Positions 28,114 through 37,574 of a stretch of 64,000 nucleotides of DNA are shown piece by piece. A program made the translations under genes and the position numbers. The first letter of the stretch is position 1; each line of letters starts with the position of its first letter. Below the pieces are notes generated by a model. The model saw only the letters and a list, made by a program, of their open reading frames with translations, searched no databases and was not told the origin of the DNA. The DNA lies in assembly GCA_902773055.1 (NCBI GenBank), contig CACYCZ010000078.1, forward strand, positions 9,482 through 73,481, in the 5' to 3' direction. The stretch is from an uncultured Bacteroidales bacterium (GTDB taxonomy: Bacteria > Bacteroidota > Bacteroidia > Bacteroidales > Bacteroidaceae).

Positions 28114-29403
28114 ATGAAACACATCAAAGAACTTAGTCCATGGTCATGGGTCCCCACCCTTTATTTTGCCGAAGGACTGCCCAACGTGCTGGTAACGGCA
28201 GTGGCTGTCGTTGTATACCTGCAAATGGAAATGAGTGACACCGAGATAGGTCTCTACACGGCATGGTTAGGACTTCCCTGGGTCATCAAGCCCCTGTGGA
28301 GTCCCTTCGTGGACTTGTACAAGACCAAGCGCTGGTGGGTACTGACCATGCAAGTATTATTAGGGTCATCACTGGCGGGTGTGGCATTTACGCTGAATAC
28401 TTCTTTCTGGTTTCAAGGCACAATGTTCTTCTTCTTCCTCATGGCCTTTACCAGTGCCACCCACGACATTGCCGCCGACGGCTTCTACATGCTTGCCCTT
28501 GATGACCACCAGCAGGCATGGTTCGTAGGCATACGCAACACATTCTACCGCCTGGCAGTCATCTTTGGCAACGGTGTCCTCGTACCCATAGCCGGCTGGA
28601 TTGCCACATCGTCAGGATACAGCGCAGCCTTTTCATGGAGTCTGGTATTCTACGGGCTTGCAGCCCTGTTTATCGCCTTGTGGCTGCTACACGGAACAGT
28701 CATGCCCCGTACAGCAATAGACAAGATGAGACCGACATCTGCCAAGGCCGTAGCACAAGGCATCAAGGATATGTTCACCTCGTTTTTCACAAAATTTCCT
28801 TTGGCCCCGACGGTATTCGCCATGCTCTTCATTCTTTTCTACCGTCTGCCTGAAGCCATGCTCAATGCCATGACCAAGACATTCCTGCTGAGACCCGGCG
28901 AAGAAGGCGGGCTCGGATTATCGACAATAGAATATGGCATAGCAAGCGGCACGGTAGGCATGATCGGGCTGACCCTGGGCGGCATACTTGGCGGCATCCT
29001 CGCCTCGCGCGACGGACTGAAGAAATGGCTTTGGCCAATGGTGTGCGCCATCTCGTTGCCCGATATCGTCTATGTCTGGCTCAGCTACGAAATGACATCC
29101 AATATCTATATTGTCAGCACCTGCCTCTTTATTGAGCAGTTTGGCTACGGAATGGGGTTCACAGCCCTCACGCTGTATATGCTTTACTATTGCAAGGGCG
29201 AATTCAAGACATCCCACTATGCCATTTGCACCGGCATCTCTTATCTGGGCCTCATGCTGCCTGGCATGATTGCCGGATATCTGAAAGACAAAGTGGGATA
29301 CAACACATTCTTCAGCATTGTCATGGTAATGTGTCTCGTAACCTTTGCCGTAGCCGCCTTTATCAAGATTGACCCGGAATTTGGGAAAAAGGCAAGAGAA
29401 TAA
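28114..29403 (+). CDS. AmpG-family MFS permease (muropeptide transporter-like), paralog 1
   Basis: It is 12-TM-like, with the N-terminus WVPTLYFAEGLP, LGLPWVIKPLWSPFVD, and the C-terminal IEQFGYGMGF..LPGMIAGYL. Confidence 0.7.
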   Translation: MKHIKELSPWSWVPTLYFAEGLPNVLVTAVAVVVYLQMEMSDTEIGLYTAWLGLPWVIKPLWSPFVDLYKTKRWWVLTMQVLLGSSLAGVAFTLNTSFWFQGTMFFFFLMAFTSATHDIAADGFYMLALDDHQQAWFVGIRNTFYRLAVIFGNGVLVPIAGWIATSSGYSAAFSWSLVFYGLAALFIALWLLHGTVMPRTAIDKMRPTSAKAVAQGIKDMFTSFFTKFPLAPTVFAMLFILFYRLPEAMLNAMTKTFLLRPGEEGGLGLSTIEYGIASGTVGMIGLTLGGILGGILASRDGLKKWLWPMVCAISLPDIVYVWLSYEMTSNIYIVSTCLFIEQFGYGMGFTALTLYMLYYCKGEFKTSHYAICTGISYLGLMLPGMIAGYLKDKVGYNTFFSIVMVMCLVTFAVAAFIKIDPEFGKKARE

Positions 29404-29427
29404 CCCCCAGCCCTGGCACTATAGCTG

Positions 29428-30657
29428 ATGAACGCACCTAAAAGCATCTGGACCTGGATTCCTTCCCTCTATTTCATTGAGGGAATCCCTTATGTCATCG
29501 TCATGACCATTTCGGTCATGCTTTTCAAACGCCTGGGAGACAACAATGCCAGCATAGCGCTATACACCAGCATGCTGTATCTGCCCTGGGTTGCCCAGCC
29601 CCTGTGGATGCATCCCGTTGAGCGGCTGACATCTGCACGCTGGCGCATATGTGCCATGCAACTGGCCATCAGTTTCACGCTTGCAGCCATGGCATGGACT
29701 GTCAGGGACGGAGGAACCACGGCGGGGCTCATGGTATGCTTCGGGGTTGTCGCCTTTGCGTGTGCCGTTCATGAGAATGCATCCGACAACCTCTATGCCC
29801 AGGTTCTGACGCCCCGTGAACAAGGCCTGTTTGCGGGTACCCGAAGCAAACTCTACTATATTGCCCTCATCGTCGGCCAAGGCATCACGCTCATGGCTGC
29901 CGGCGGACTGGAAACCTATTTCAGGAATATCCGGCAGGCATGGTATATTGTCTTTGCCATCATGGCTTTCTCCATCATGGCATGTGCCATGTATCATCTG
30001 TTGACGCTTCCCAGACAACAGCCTGCCGAAAGTCCCGTCAGCAACATACCTCCCCTTCCGCTCAGGAAAAAAGGCATGATCTGTGCTTTCCTGTTCATTA
30101 TTTTATTCGTACTGCCCAAGGCCCTTACAGCCCGGCTCAATCTGCTTTTCTTCATTGACCATTCATCTCAAGGCGGCCTGGGACTCAGCCTGACACAGAT
30201 AGGATTCGCCCATGGCACAATAGGCATCATCGGACTATCGGTGGGAAGCATCATCGCCAACAACCTTGTGGGGCGCGACGGACTGCGCAAATGGTTGTGG
30301 CCATGCGCTTTGGTCTTCACTCTGCCCCAGTTGCTCTATGTCTATATTTGCTGGATGCACATCACTCACTTTGGGCTGATATGCACTTTCATCTTCATTG
30401 AGCAGTTTGGCTACGGTTTCGGCCTGAGTGCCTACATGTACTTCATGCTCCGCTTCTCACAGGGCAGGCATGAGCGTTATCACTACACCATATGTGCTGC
30501 CCTCATGGCTCTGGGCATGATGCTGCCAGGCATGCTGTCCGGTTGGCTTCAGACCCAGCTCGGCTACCCCACCTTCTACATGGTGGCTGCTGCCAGCGGA
30601 GTCGTCACACTTGCCGTGACATTCATACTATACAGACAAATCAAACAATTCAACTAA
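29428..30657 (+). CDS. AmpG-family MFS permease, divergent paralog 2
   Basis: It is collinear with paralog 1 (WIPSLYFIEGIP, LYLPWVAQPLWMHPVE, IEQFGYGFGL..LPGMLSGWL). Confidence 0.7.
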   Translation: MNAPKSIWTWIPSLYFIEGIPYVIVMTISVMLFKRLGDNNASIALYTSMLYLPWVAQPLWMHPVERLTSARWRICAMQLAISFTLAAMAWTVRDGGTTAGLMVCFGVVAFACAVHENASDNLYAQVLTPREQGLFAGTRSKLYYIALIVGQGITLMAAGGLETYFRNIRQAWYIVFAIMAFSIMACAMYHLLTLPRQQPAESPVSNIPPLPLRKKGMICAFLFIILFVLPKALTARLNLLFFIDHSSQGGLGLSLTQIGFAHGTIGIIGLSVGSIIANNLVGRDGLRKWLWPCALVFTLPQLLYVYICWMHITHFGLICTFIFIEQFGYGFGLSAYMYFMLRFSQGRHERYHYTICAALMALGMMLPGMLSGWLQTQLGYPTFYMVAAASGVVTLAVTFILYRQIKQFN

Positions 30658-30674
30658 ATAACAACAAGAACATC

Positions 30675-31520
30675 ATGTATCTCATAGCAGACGGAGGAGC
30701 CACCAAGACAGACTGGACCCTCATAGACAACAAACAACTTACAGCACGCATCTACACCCTCGGAATGAATCCTTTTCAGGCCAGCGAAGATATCATTGAA
30801 AAGATTGTACGCGAAGAGCTTATTCCACAGCTACCGGCTGAGGCAACCTGTCCCGACATCTACTTCTACGGTGCAGGCTGCACCCCCGAGAAGTGCATCG
30901 TCATGAAAGACATCCTGCAAGCAGCATTCCCCGGCAGCAAGCATATCTTTGTCAGCACCGACCTCCTCGGTTCAGCCCGCGGTCTCTGCGGCCATCGTCC
31001 CGGCATAGCCTGCATACTGGGTACAGGCTCCAACAGCTGTTACTACGACGGTGAAAACATTGCCGAGAATACCCCTTCGCTGGGCTATATACTAGGCGAC
31101 GAAGGCAGTGGGGCCGTCATCGGCAAGACCCTCGTGGCTGATATACTGAAGGGCATCATGCCCGAGCACATCACCAAGATGTTCTACGACGAAGTAGGTC
31201 TGACCAAGGCCGATTTCCTTGACAAAGTCTACCGGCAACCCATGCCCAGCCGTTTTCTGGCCAGCATGGCACCCTTCGTAACACGCCACAAGGATGAAGA
31301 GCCCTTGCTGAAAGAACTGGCTGTCAAAAACTTCAGACTGTTCTTCTCACGCTGCATCGCTCCCTACAAGCGTCCGGAACTGAAGGTTAACTTTGTCGGC
31401 GGACTGGCCTTCTCCTATGAGCAGGAACTCAAAGAGGCTGCCCGCATGGAAGGATTTGAAGTTGGAGATATCGTCAAGGAGCCCATGGAAGGTCTCATCA
31501 GATACCACAACGATGCATAA
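30675..31520 (+). CDS. BadF/BadG/BcrA/BcrD-type ATPase; GlcNAc/MurNAc-kinase-like
   Basis: I place the start at MYLIADGGATKTDW (30675). The phosphate-2 motif CILGTGSNS is present. The 281-aa length fits the family. Confidence 0.7.
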   Translation: MYLIADGGATKTDWTLIDNKQLTARIYTLGMNPFQASEDIIEKIVREELIPQLPAEATCPDIYFYGAGCTPEKCIVMKDILQAAFPGSKHIFVSTDLLGSARGLCGHRPGIACILGTGSNSCYYDGENIAENTPSLGYILGDEGSGAVIGKTLVADILKGIMPEHITKMFYDEVGLTKADFLDKVYRQPMPSRFLASMAPFVTRHKDEEPLLKELAVKNFRLFFSRCIAPYKRPELKVNFVGGLAFSYEQELKEAARMEGFEVGDIVKEPMEGLIRYHNDA

Positions 31521-31574
31521 GCCCTGTCCCCCCTGTTCCGCACCATACCCTGATACCCCCATCTATCTGACACA

Positions 31575-31646
31575 TATCCCTTGGCAGAATTAAGCATGTC
31601 CAGACTGGCACAGACCATCCGGACCATTACATTCTGCCAAGGGATA
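31575..31646 (+). other. 16-bp perfect inverted repeat (TATCCCTTGGCAGAAT / ATTCTGCCAAGGGATA) with a 40-nt spacer, followed by a T-run
   Basis: The arms are 31575..31590 and 31631..31646, and TTTTT follows at 31651-55. It lies 55 nt downstream of the kinase-like gene. Confidence 0.35.
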
Positions 31647-31765
31647 AATATTTTTCTCCAGCTGTCGTTTCAATACGGTTGTCGTTTTTAATAAAATTTA
31701 ACACATCTGGACTGTTTCGCACCACCCTCAGCCTACGCCGGAATTTTTCCCAAGCCACACAGTAT

Positions 31766-31855
31766 TTACTGGCAGGCCTGTGCGTCAAAACTGACAGGCC
31801 TGCCAGTGAAATCCAGCAGGCCTACAAAATTCACCCCCCTCTACAGCAACTTCTG
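31766..31855 (-). repeat. CAGGCCTG x3 (22-bp phased) element, copy 2, inverted relative to copy 1
   Basis: GG|CC centres lie at 31776/77, 31798/99 and 31820/21. It shares the 17-mer TTTCACTGGCAGGCCTG (as reverse complement) with copy 1. Confidence 0.75.
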
Positions 31856-32124
31856 AACGGGGGCAAGATGCACATAATCTGCGCCTCTTTGTGATGTTAA
31901 CAGATGTTAACATATAACGCCCGTTCCATACTGAAGAGCAGAGCCAGCGATGCTTTCTGAAAAACCGGCCAAAGAAGATTCAGGAATTATTCAATGACAT
32001 AAAAAAACATCGTATAACACACCAAACCGGACCAGCAGAAAGACGTTTCCAGTTTTACATATCTCCCCAAGCCAACGACTTGGAAAAGCAATGAAATAAA
32101 AATACTTAACAAACTCCTGTCACC

Positions 32125-32640
32125 TCAGCGGAGCCTTGGCAAACCGCGCTCCCCGTGGATATCACTGACAACAAGCGTATCGGCAGTCAGCCTGACAATG
32201 CGGACGGTATCGCCCTTCTCTGGATTGGCACCCTGTAGAATCAGACGTCCGTTAATAACCTTATAGTCCTTAACAAAATTTTCCAACTGACTGAGGTTTA
32301 CAGCAAGCACCAAGGATTGGTTGCTGTCAGCCGTTATCATGCAGAAACGGTCATCCAAAATCAGGTCACCGTAAATCGTCCCGTCAACACCAGCCTCTGA
32401 AGTACGGTCCACATACATGGTGTCACCGTTGTCACAGACCAGACAGAACGTGCTCATGCCACAATCGCCAGCCCTGCCATACAAGGTGCTGTCCTTAATC
32501 TGCATAATCACTGTAGGGGTATCAGCCTGATTCTCCACTGAAGACTGGCCAGGGCCGGCAGCCGGCCTGTTCTGACATGCAGCAGCCAACACTGCCACGA
32601 GCACTGCAAAAAACAACAAACGAACAGAATCCATATACAT
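32125..32640 (-). CDS. Hypothetical lipoprotein
   Basis: I chose the internal start MYMDSVRLLFFAVLVAVLAAAC (SPII lipobox). The longer track ORF would run across the rpsA promoter. Confidence 0.5.
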   Translation of the reverse strand: MYMDSVRLLFFAVLVAVLAAACQNRPAAGPGQSSVENQADTPTVIMQIKDSTLYGRAGDCGMSTFCLVCDNGDTMYVDRTSEAGVDGTIYGDLILDDRFCMITADSNQSLVLAVNLSQLENFVKDYKVINGRLILQGANPEKGDTVRIVRLTADTLVVSDIHGERGLPRLR

Positions 32641-32744
32641 AATAGTCCATGTTAAACAGACTGCGAAGATAAGCATTTCCGGCAGAACAAAGATTGTATC
32701 TAAAAGAAATTCAGTAAAAAAATGTGTAATAAAATAATTATTTG

Positions 32745-32752
32745 TAACTTTG
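32745..32752 (+). promoter_or_regulatory. -7 box TAACTTTG upstream of rpsA
   Basis: It is an exact TAnnTTTG match about 61 nt upstream of the ATG at 32813. Confidence 0.45.
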
Positions 32753-32812
32753 CACCTGCGCAAGCAAAACAACATAAAGTCTAACTTATCAATTAACTTA
32801 ATTAAATTATTA

Positions 32813-34585
32813 ATGAACGATTTAAAGAACATCACTCCTCAGGAAGACTTCGACTGGGAAGCATACGAAGGTTCAGCCCTTGTATCTGAGGAGAAAAAAA
32901 AGATTGAAGAAGCCTACGGCGAATCTTTCAAACAGGTTGCAGAGCACGAAGTAGTAAAAGGTACCGTAATCGCTATCAACAAGCGCGAAGTACTTGTTGA
33001 TATAGGCTACAAATCGGATGGCGTTATCAGCGCCAACGAATTCCGCTACAACCCCGACCTGAAAGTCGGCGACGAAGTAGAGGTATACATCGAAAAAGAA
33101 GAAGACAAGAAAGGCCAGCTTCTCCTGTCCCACAAGAAGGCCCGCGCAAAAGAAGGTTGGGACAAAGTCAACAAGGCTCTTGAAAGCAAAGAAACTGTCA
33201 AAGGCTTTGTCAAGGCTCGCACTAAAGGCGGTATGATTGTTGACGTCTTCGGCATCGAGGCATTCCTGCCCGGCTCACAGATCGACGTCAAGCCCATCCG
33301 CGACTACGACATCTTTGTAGGTAAGACAATGGAATTCCAGGTTGTCAAGATCAATCAGGAATACAAGAACGTTGTCGTATCCCACAAGGCCCTCATCGAA
33401 GCAGAAATCGAAGCCCAGAAGAAAGAAATCATCGGCAAACTGCAGAAAGGTCAGATTCTTGAAGGCGTCATCAAGAACATCACATCATACGGTGTATTCA
33501 TTGACCTCGGTGGCGTAGACGGTCTGATTCATATTACCGACCTCTCCTGGGGCCGCGTAAACGATCCTCACGAAATTGTACAGCTTGACCAGAAGATCAA
33601 AGTAGTCATCATTGACTTCGACGATGACAAAAAACGCATCCAGCTTGGTCTGAAGCAACTGACTCCCCACCCATGGGATGCATTGGATCCCGACCTCAAG
33701 GTTGGCGACAAGATTCATGGCAAAGTAGTTGTCATGACCGATTACGGTGCATTCATAGAGGTTGCTCCCGGCGTAGAAGGATTGATTCACGTATCAGAGA
33801 TGAGCTGGAGCTCACACCTGAGAAGCGCTCAAGACTTCATGAAAGTCGGCGACGAAGTAGATGCCGTTATCCTGACCTTGGACCGCGAGCAGCGCAAGAT
33901 GTCCTTAGGCATCAAGCAGCTCACAGAAGACCCCTGGCAGAATATCGACGAGACCTATCCTGTTGGCAGCAAGCACACAGCAAAAGTCCGCAACTTCACA
34001 AACTTCGGCGTATTTGTTGAACTCAAAGAAGGCGTAGACGGCTTGATCCACATCTCTGACCTCAGCTGGACAAAGAAAATCAAGCACCCGTCAGAAATCA
34101 CACAAATCGGTGCCGAAATTGAAGTTGTCGTTTTGGAAATCGACAAGGAGAACCGCCGCCTCAGCCTGGGTCACAAGCAGACCGAGGAGAACCCATGGGA
34201 TGTATTTGAAACCATCTTCACCGTAGGTTCAATCCATGAAGGTACCATCGTTGAAGAACACGAGAACGGTGACGTTATCCAGTTGGAATACGGTATCGAC
34301 GGCTTCGCCACACCGAAGCATCTTATCAAGAAGGACAAGACAAAGGCACAGGTTAACGAGAAACTGCCATTCAAGGTTCTTGAGTTTAACAAAGTGACAC
34401 GTCGCATCATCCTTTCCCACAGCCGTACATTCGAAGATGAAGAGCGCGCAGAGCGCAAGGCTCAAGCTCCGAAAAAGCAGCAAAACGAAATACCTGAGAT
34501 TCAGAATCAGGCCGCTGCAACAACACTCGGAGATATTGATGCACTGGCAGCCCTGAAAGCACAGATGGAAAGTGAGAAGAAATAA
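32813..34585 (+). CDS. rpsA: 30S ribosomal protein S1
   Basis: The start is at MNDLKNITPQ. It has six S1 OB-fold repeats, for example GVIKNITSYGVFIDLGGVDGLIHITDLSW, GKVVVMTDYGAFIEVAPGVEGLIHVSEMSW and AKVRNFTNFGVFVELKEGVDGLIHISDLSW. Confidence 0.92.
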   Translation: MNDLKNITPQEDFDWEAYEGSALVSEEKKKIEEAYGESFKQVAEHEVVKGTVIAINKREVLVDIGYKSDGVISANEFRYNPDLKVGDEVEVYIEKEEDKKGQLLLSHKKARAKEGWDKVNKALESKETVKGFVKARTKGGMIVDVFGIEAFLPGSQIDVKPIRDYDIFVGKTMEFQVVKINQEYKNVVVSHKALIEAEIEAQKKEIIGKLQKGQILEGVIKNITSYGVFIDLGGVDGLIHITDLSWGRVNDPHEIVQLDQKIKVVIIDFDDDKKRIQLGLKQLTPHPWDALDPDLKVGDKIHGKVVVMTDYGAFIEVAPGVEGLIHVSEMSWSSHLRSAQDFMKVGDEVDAVILTLDREQRKMSLGIKQLTEDPWQNIDETYPVGSKHTAKVRNFTNFGVFVELKEGVDGLIHISDLSWTKKIKHPSEITQIGAEIEVVVLEIDKENRRLSLGHKQTEENPWDVFETIFTVGSIHEGTIVEEHENGDVIQLEYGIDGFATPKHLIKKDKTKAQVNEKLPFKVLEFNKVTRRIILSHSRTFEDEERAERKAQAPKKQQNEIPEIQNQAAATTLGDIDALAALKAQMESEKK

Positions 34586-34614
34586 TCTCTCTCAATTCTC
34601 CAAACAATAACAAC

Positions 34615-34650
34615 AGAGGGGAAGTTCAATAATGGAGCTTCCCCTCTTTG
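34615..34650 (+). terminator. Hairpin terminator after rpsA
   Basis: AGAGGGGAAG (34615-24) pairs with CTTCCCCTCT (34638-47), followed by TTT(G). Confidence 0.55.
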
Positions 34651-34665
34651 ATTAATCACAACGAC

Positions 34666-35580
34666 ATGGAAAAATTCGAAGTCACCATCTTAGGCTGCGG
34701 CAGCGCCTCACCCACCGCCATCCGCCATCCTGCAGCCCAGATTATCAACCTGCGCGACAAAATCTCCATGATAGACTGCGGAGAAGGCACCCAGATGCAG
34801 ATGCGCACATACAAAATAAGCTTTCAGAAACTACGGAACATCTTCATATCCCATATGCACGGTGACCACTGTTTCGGACTGATAGGCCTCATTTCATCGT
34901 TAGGCCTGTTGGGGCGCACAGCCTCGCTCCACGTCTACGGACCGGCAGACTTCGAAGACATTCTGCAAAGACAGCTGAAAGCCTTCTGCGACAATATGGA
35001 ATACGAAGTCATCTTCCACCCCCTGCAAACAGATACATACAAACTCGTCTATGAAGACCGGTCCATGGAAGTCTATACCCTCCCCCTTCAGCACAGGGTA
35101 CCCTGCTGCGGATTTATCTTCAGGGAAAAACCGACCCTGCCCCATATACGCAGGGAGATGATAGACTACTACGGCATCCCCAACAACTACATCAACCACA
35201 TCAAAAATGGAGCCGACTGGATTTTACCCGATGGCAGCATCATAAGAAACGATGTGCTGACCCTTCCGCCAGCCCCCACACGAAGCTATGCCTACTGCTC
35301 CGACACAGCATATAAACCCGACATCCAACCCTATCTCATGGACACAGACGTACTGTATCACGAAGCAACCTTCAGTACAGAACACACAGAAATAGCAAAA
35401 CAAACATATCACTCAACAGCCGCCCAAGCCGCAAGCATAGCCCTGAACAGCCACGTCGGAAAACTGATAATAGGTCACTACTCAGCCCGCTACACCGACA
35501 CAGCCCCTCTGCTCGAAGAAGCACAGAAGATTTTCCCTGCCACCATTGCAGCTCAGGAAGGAATGACCATACAGATATAA
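34666..35580 (+). CDS. rnz: Ribonuclease Z (metallo-beta-lactamase tRNA 3' endonuclease)
   Basis: The start is at MEKFEVTILGCGSASPT, and the HxHxDH motif ISHMHGDHCFGL is present. Confidence 0.88.
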   Translation: MEKFEVTILGCGSASPTAIRHPAAQIINLRDKISMIDCGEGTQMQMRTYKISFQKLRNIFISHMHGDHCFGLIGLISSLGLLGRTASLHVYGPADFEDILQRQLKAFCDNMEYEVIFHPLQTDTYKLVYEDRSMEVYTLPLQHRVPCCGFIFREKPTLPHIRREMIDYYGIPNNYINHIKNGADWILPDGSIIRNDVLTLPPAPTRSYAYCSDTAYKPDIQPYLMDTDVLYHEATFSTEHTEIAKQTYHSTAAQAASIALNSHVGKLIIGHYSARYTDTAPLLEEAQKIFPATIAAQEGMTIQI

Positions 35581-35646
35581 TTTTTTTCAAATAAAATTTG
35601 GTAGTTTAAATTATTGTTTTTATTTTTGTGCCAAATATATTGACTC

Positions 35647-35961
35647 ATGACATTCAGAGGTACTATATCAGCATGTCTGCTCCTATTGGCAACGGCCATC
35701 CCCACGATGGGCGAAAGCGCATGGGCAGCATCGGAGGCAGCTTTGGAACAGATTGAAACCGAGACCAAATGCTATGTCAACGGCTCTAATGTCCGTATTC
35801 AAAATGGTAGCGGCCAAATGTTGGAAGTTTACAATGTTACCGGCATCCGTATCCTCACTTTCCGTATTGACAGCGAGGACAAGACTGTTAACCTGAATCT
35901 TCCGAAAGGCATCTACCTGTTGAAAGTTGGCAAATTTGTCCGCAAGATTTCTTTACGTTAA
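35647..35961 (+). CDS. Small secreted protein consisting almost only of a T9SS C-terminal sorting domain
   Basis: It has a signal peptide (..LLLATAIPTMGESAWA). The C-terminal ~70 aa (VRIQNGSGQMLEVYNVTGIRILTFRIDSEDKTVNLNLPKGIYLLKVGKFVRKISL) look like a Por_Secre_tail / type A CTD. Confidence 0.55.
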   Translation: MTFRGTISACLLLLATAIPTMGESAWAASEAALEQIETETKCYVNGSNVRIQNGSGQMLEVYNVTGIRILTFRIDSEDKTVNLNLPKGIYLLKVGKFVRKISLR

Positions 35962-35970
35962 ATCTGAAGG

Positions 35971-37518
35971 GTGAATCATTTTCTGCCGTTAACTGTAAGC
36001 ACTAAAAGAATTCGTGGAATTCTTTTATTTTTTTTATTATCCACACTCTTACCCCTTAGCTGCAGGCACGATGACATCCGGAAACACCCTTACAAGAACA
36101 TTTCCTTTGAAAGCATACAACCCCTTCAGGACGAAGCCTATACCTTCAGCAGCAAGAAACTGAAATATTTCATTGACTCACTCCGATTATGCAGGCATGA
36201 CACAGACTATGTTGACCTTGCCTGCAACAACTACTACGCAGAGAACAATCCTTACCTCTGGATAGACCGTTACGGAGCAAGTCAGACCTGCGACACCGTG
36301 CTGGCATGGCTCAAAGGCATAGATACCACAGGTATTCCTGCAAGCCGCGTCTTCGTTTCAGAAATACACGACAACCTCTTGCGAATCAGAAATATGAACT
36401 TTGACAAAGTACATACCATCAGCAAGACATGTGCAACATTGGAATACTACCTGACAAAAGGATTCCTCCGCTACAGCTGCGGTCAACGGTTCGGATTCAT
36501 CAATCCACACCAACGCTTCAACAAAATTGAACACACAGAAGACAACGACGTCAAATCACCCTTCAAACTGCTATACGACATCCCTTCAGGAACCCCTGAC
36601 AAAAATTTCATCCACAAGGCATTAAGCAGTGTCACAATAGGCAATACAAACGCTTTTCTTGCCAGCATACAGCCAACAAGCGAGATTTATCACAAACTCG
36701 TGAACAGACTCAACACTCAGGACAACACACCGGCTCAAATCCGTACACTTGCCGTCAACATAGAACGGGCCCGCTGGCGCATACCCCAAACAGAGAAAGA
36801 AGATGTCAGAATCATCATAAACATTCCGTCACAACAACTGTATGCCTATGACATCAAGGGAGACTCTTCGTGCAAGATGAAAATCTGCTTCGGAAGCAGA
36901 AAGCACAAGACGCCCCTTTTGACAAGCAAACTGAGCCATCTGGAACTAAACCCATACTGGATAATCCCACAAAGTATTATTCGCAAGGAAATTGTTCCAC
37001 TTCACATGAAAGACTCCGATTACTTCAACAGAAACCGATACAAAATCATTGACAAGGAAACAGGAGATTTCATATCCCCAATGGACGTTGACGATGCAAT
37101 GATGCTCACTGGCAGGTATCGCATCAGACAAGACAAAGGCAGTGACAACTCCCTCGGCAGGATGATATTCAGATTTCCCAACAACTTTGCCATCTATCTG
37201 CATGACACAAACAACAAAGGAGCATTCCTGCGCAGTTATCGCGGAGTAAGCCACGGATGTGTCAGGCTGGAAAAGCCATTCCAGCTGGCACGCTTTCTGT
37301 TTGGCGGCAAAGATGAGGCTTACATAGACAGAATAAAAAAATCCGTTGAGTATACAGACGAAGAATTGCTGGAGAACAAGCACTTTGTTCCACTAAAAAC
37401 CTGCTTTTTTGAAAAGAGTATTCATCTCTACATCATATATTTTACCTGCTATCCACAACCTGAAACAGGAGATATTGCTTTCTATTCGGACATATACGGG
37501 TACGATTCCATTTTTTAA
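35971..37518 (+). CDS. L,D-transpeptidase (YkuD/ErfK family) lipoprotein
   Basis: The catalytic motif SHGCVRLEKP and a lipobox (LLPLSC) are present. The start is a GTG from the track, because no upstream in-frame ATG exists. Confidence 0.8.
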   Translation: MNHFLPLTVSTKRIRGILLFFLLSTLLPLSCRHDDIRKHPYKNISFESIQPLQDEAYTFSSKKLKYFIDSLRLCRHDTDYVDLACNNYYAENNPYLWIDRYGASQTCDTVLAWLKGIDTTGIPASRVFVSEIHDNLLRIRNMNFDKVHTISKTCATLEYYLTKGFLRYSCGQRFGFINPHQRFNKIEHTEDNDVKSPFKLLYDIPSGTPDKNFIHKALSSVTIGNTNAFLASIQPTSEIYHKLVNRLNTQDNTPAQIRTLAVNIERARWRIPQTEKEDVRIIINIPSQQLYAYDIKGDSSCKMKICFGSRKHKTPLLTSKLSHLELNPYWIIPQSIIRKEIVPLHMKDSDYFNRNRYKIIDKETGDFISPMDVDDAMMLTGRYRIRQDKGSDNSLGRMIFRFPNNFAIYLHDTNNKGAFLRSYRGVSHGCVRLEKPFQLARFLFGGKDEAYIDRIKKSVEYTDEELLENKHFVPLKTCFFEKSIHLYIIYFTCYPQPETGDIAFYSDIYGYDSIF

Positions 37519-37574
37519 CAAATTTTATCATAATTTCTTTTAAACTTTATCGCATTTTTATTATCTAATAGAAA

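Noticed and set aside
12053-31855. The inverted CAGGCCTG elements as ends of a 19.8-kb composite transposon or invertible segment.
   Set aside because: The interior is housekeeping (rlmN, pdxA, tricorn protease, peptidoglycan recycling) with no transposase or recombinase. The copies are only about 70-75% identical. A dispersed repeat family is the simpler reading, although inversion could still be checked with long reads.
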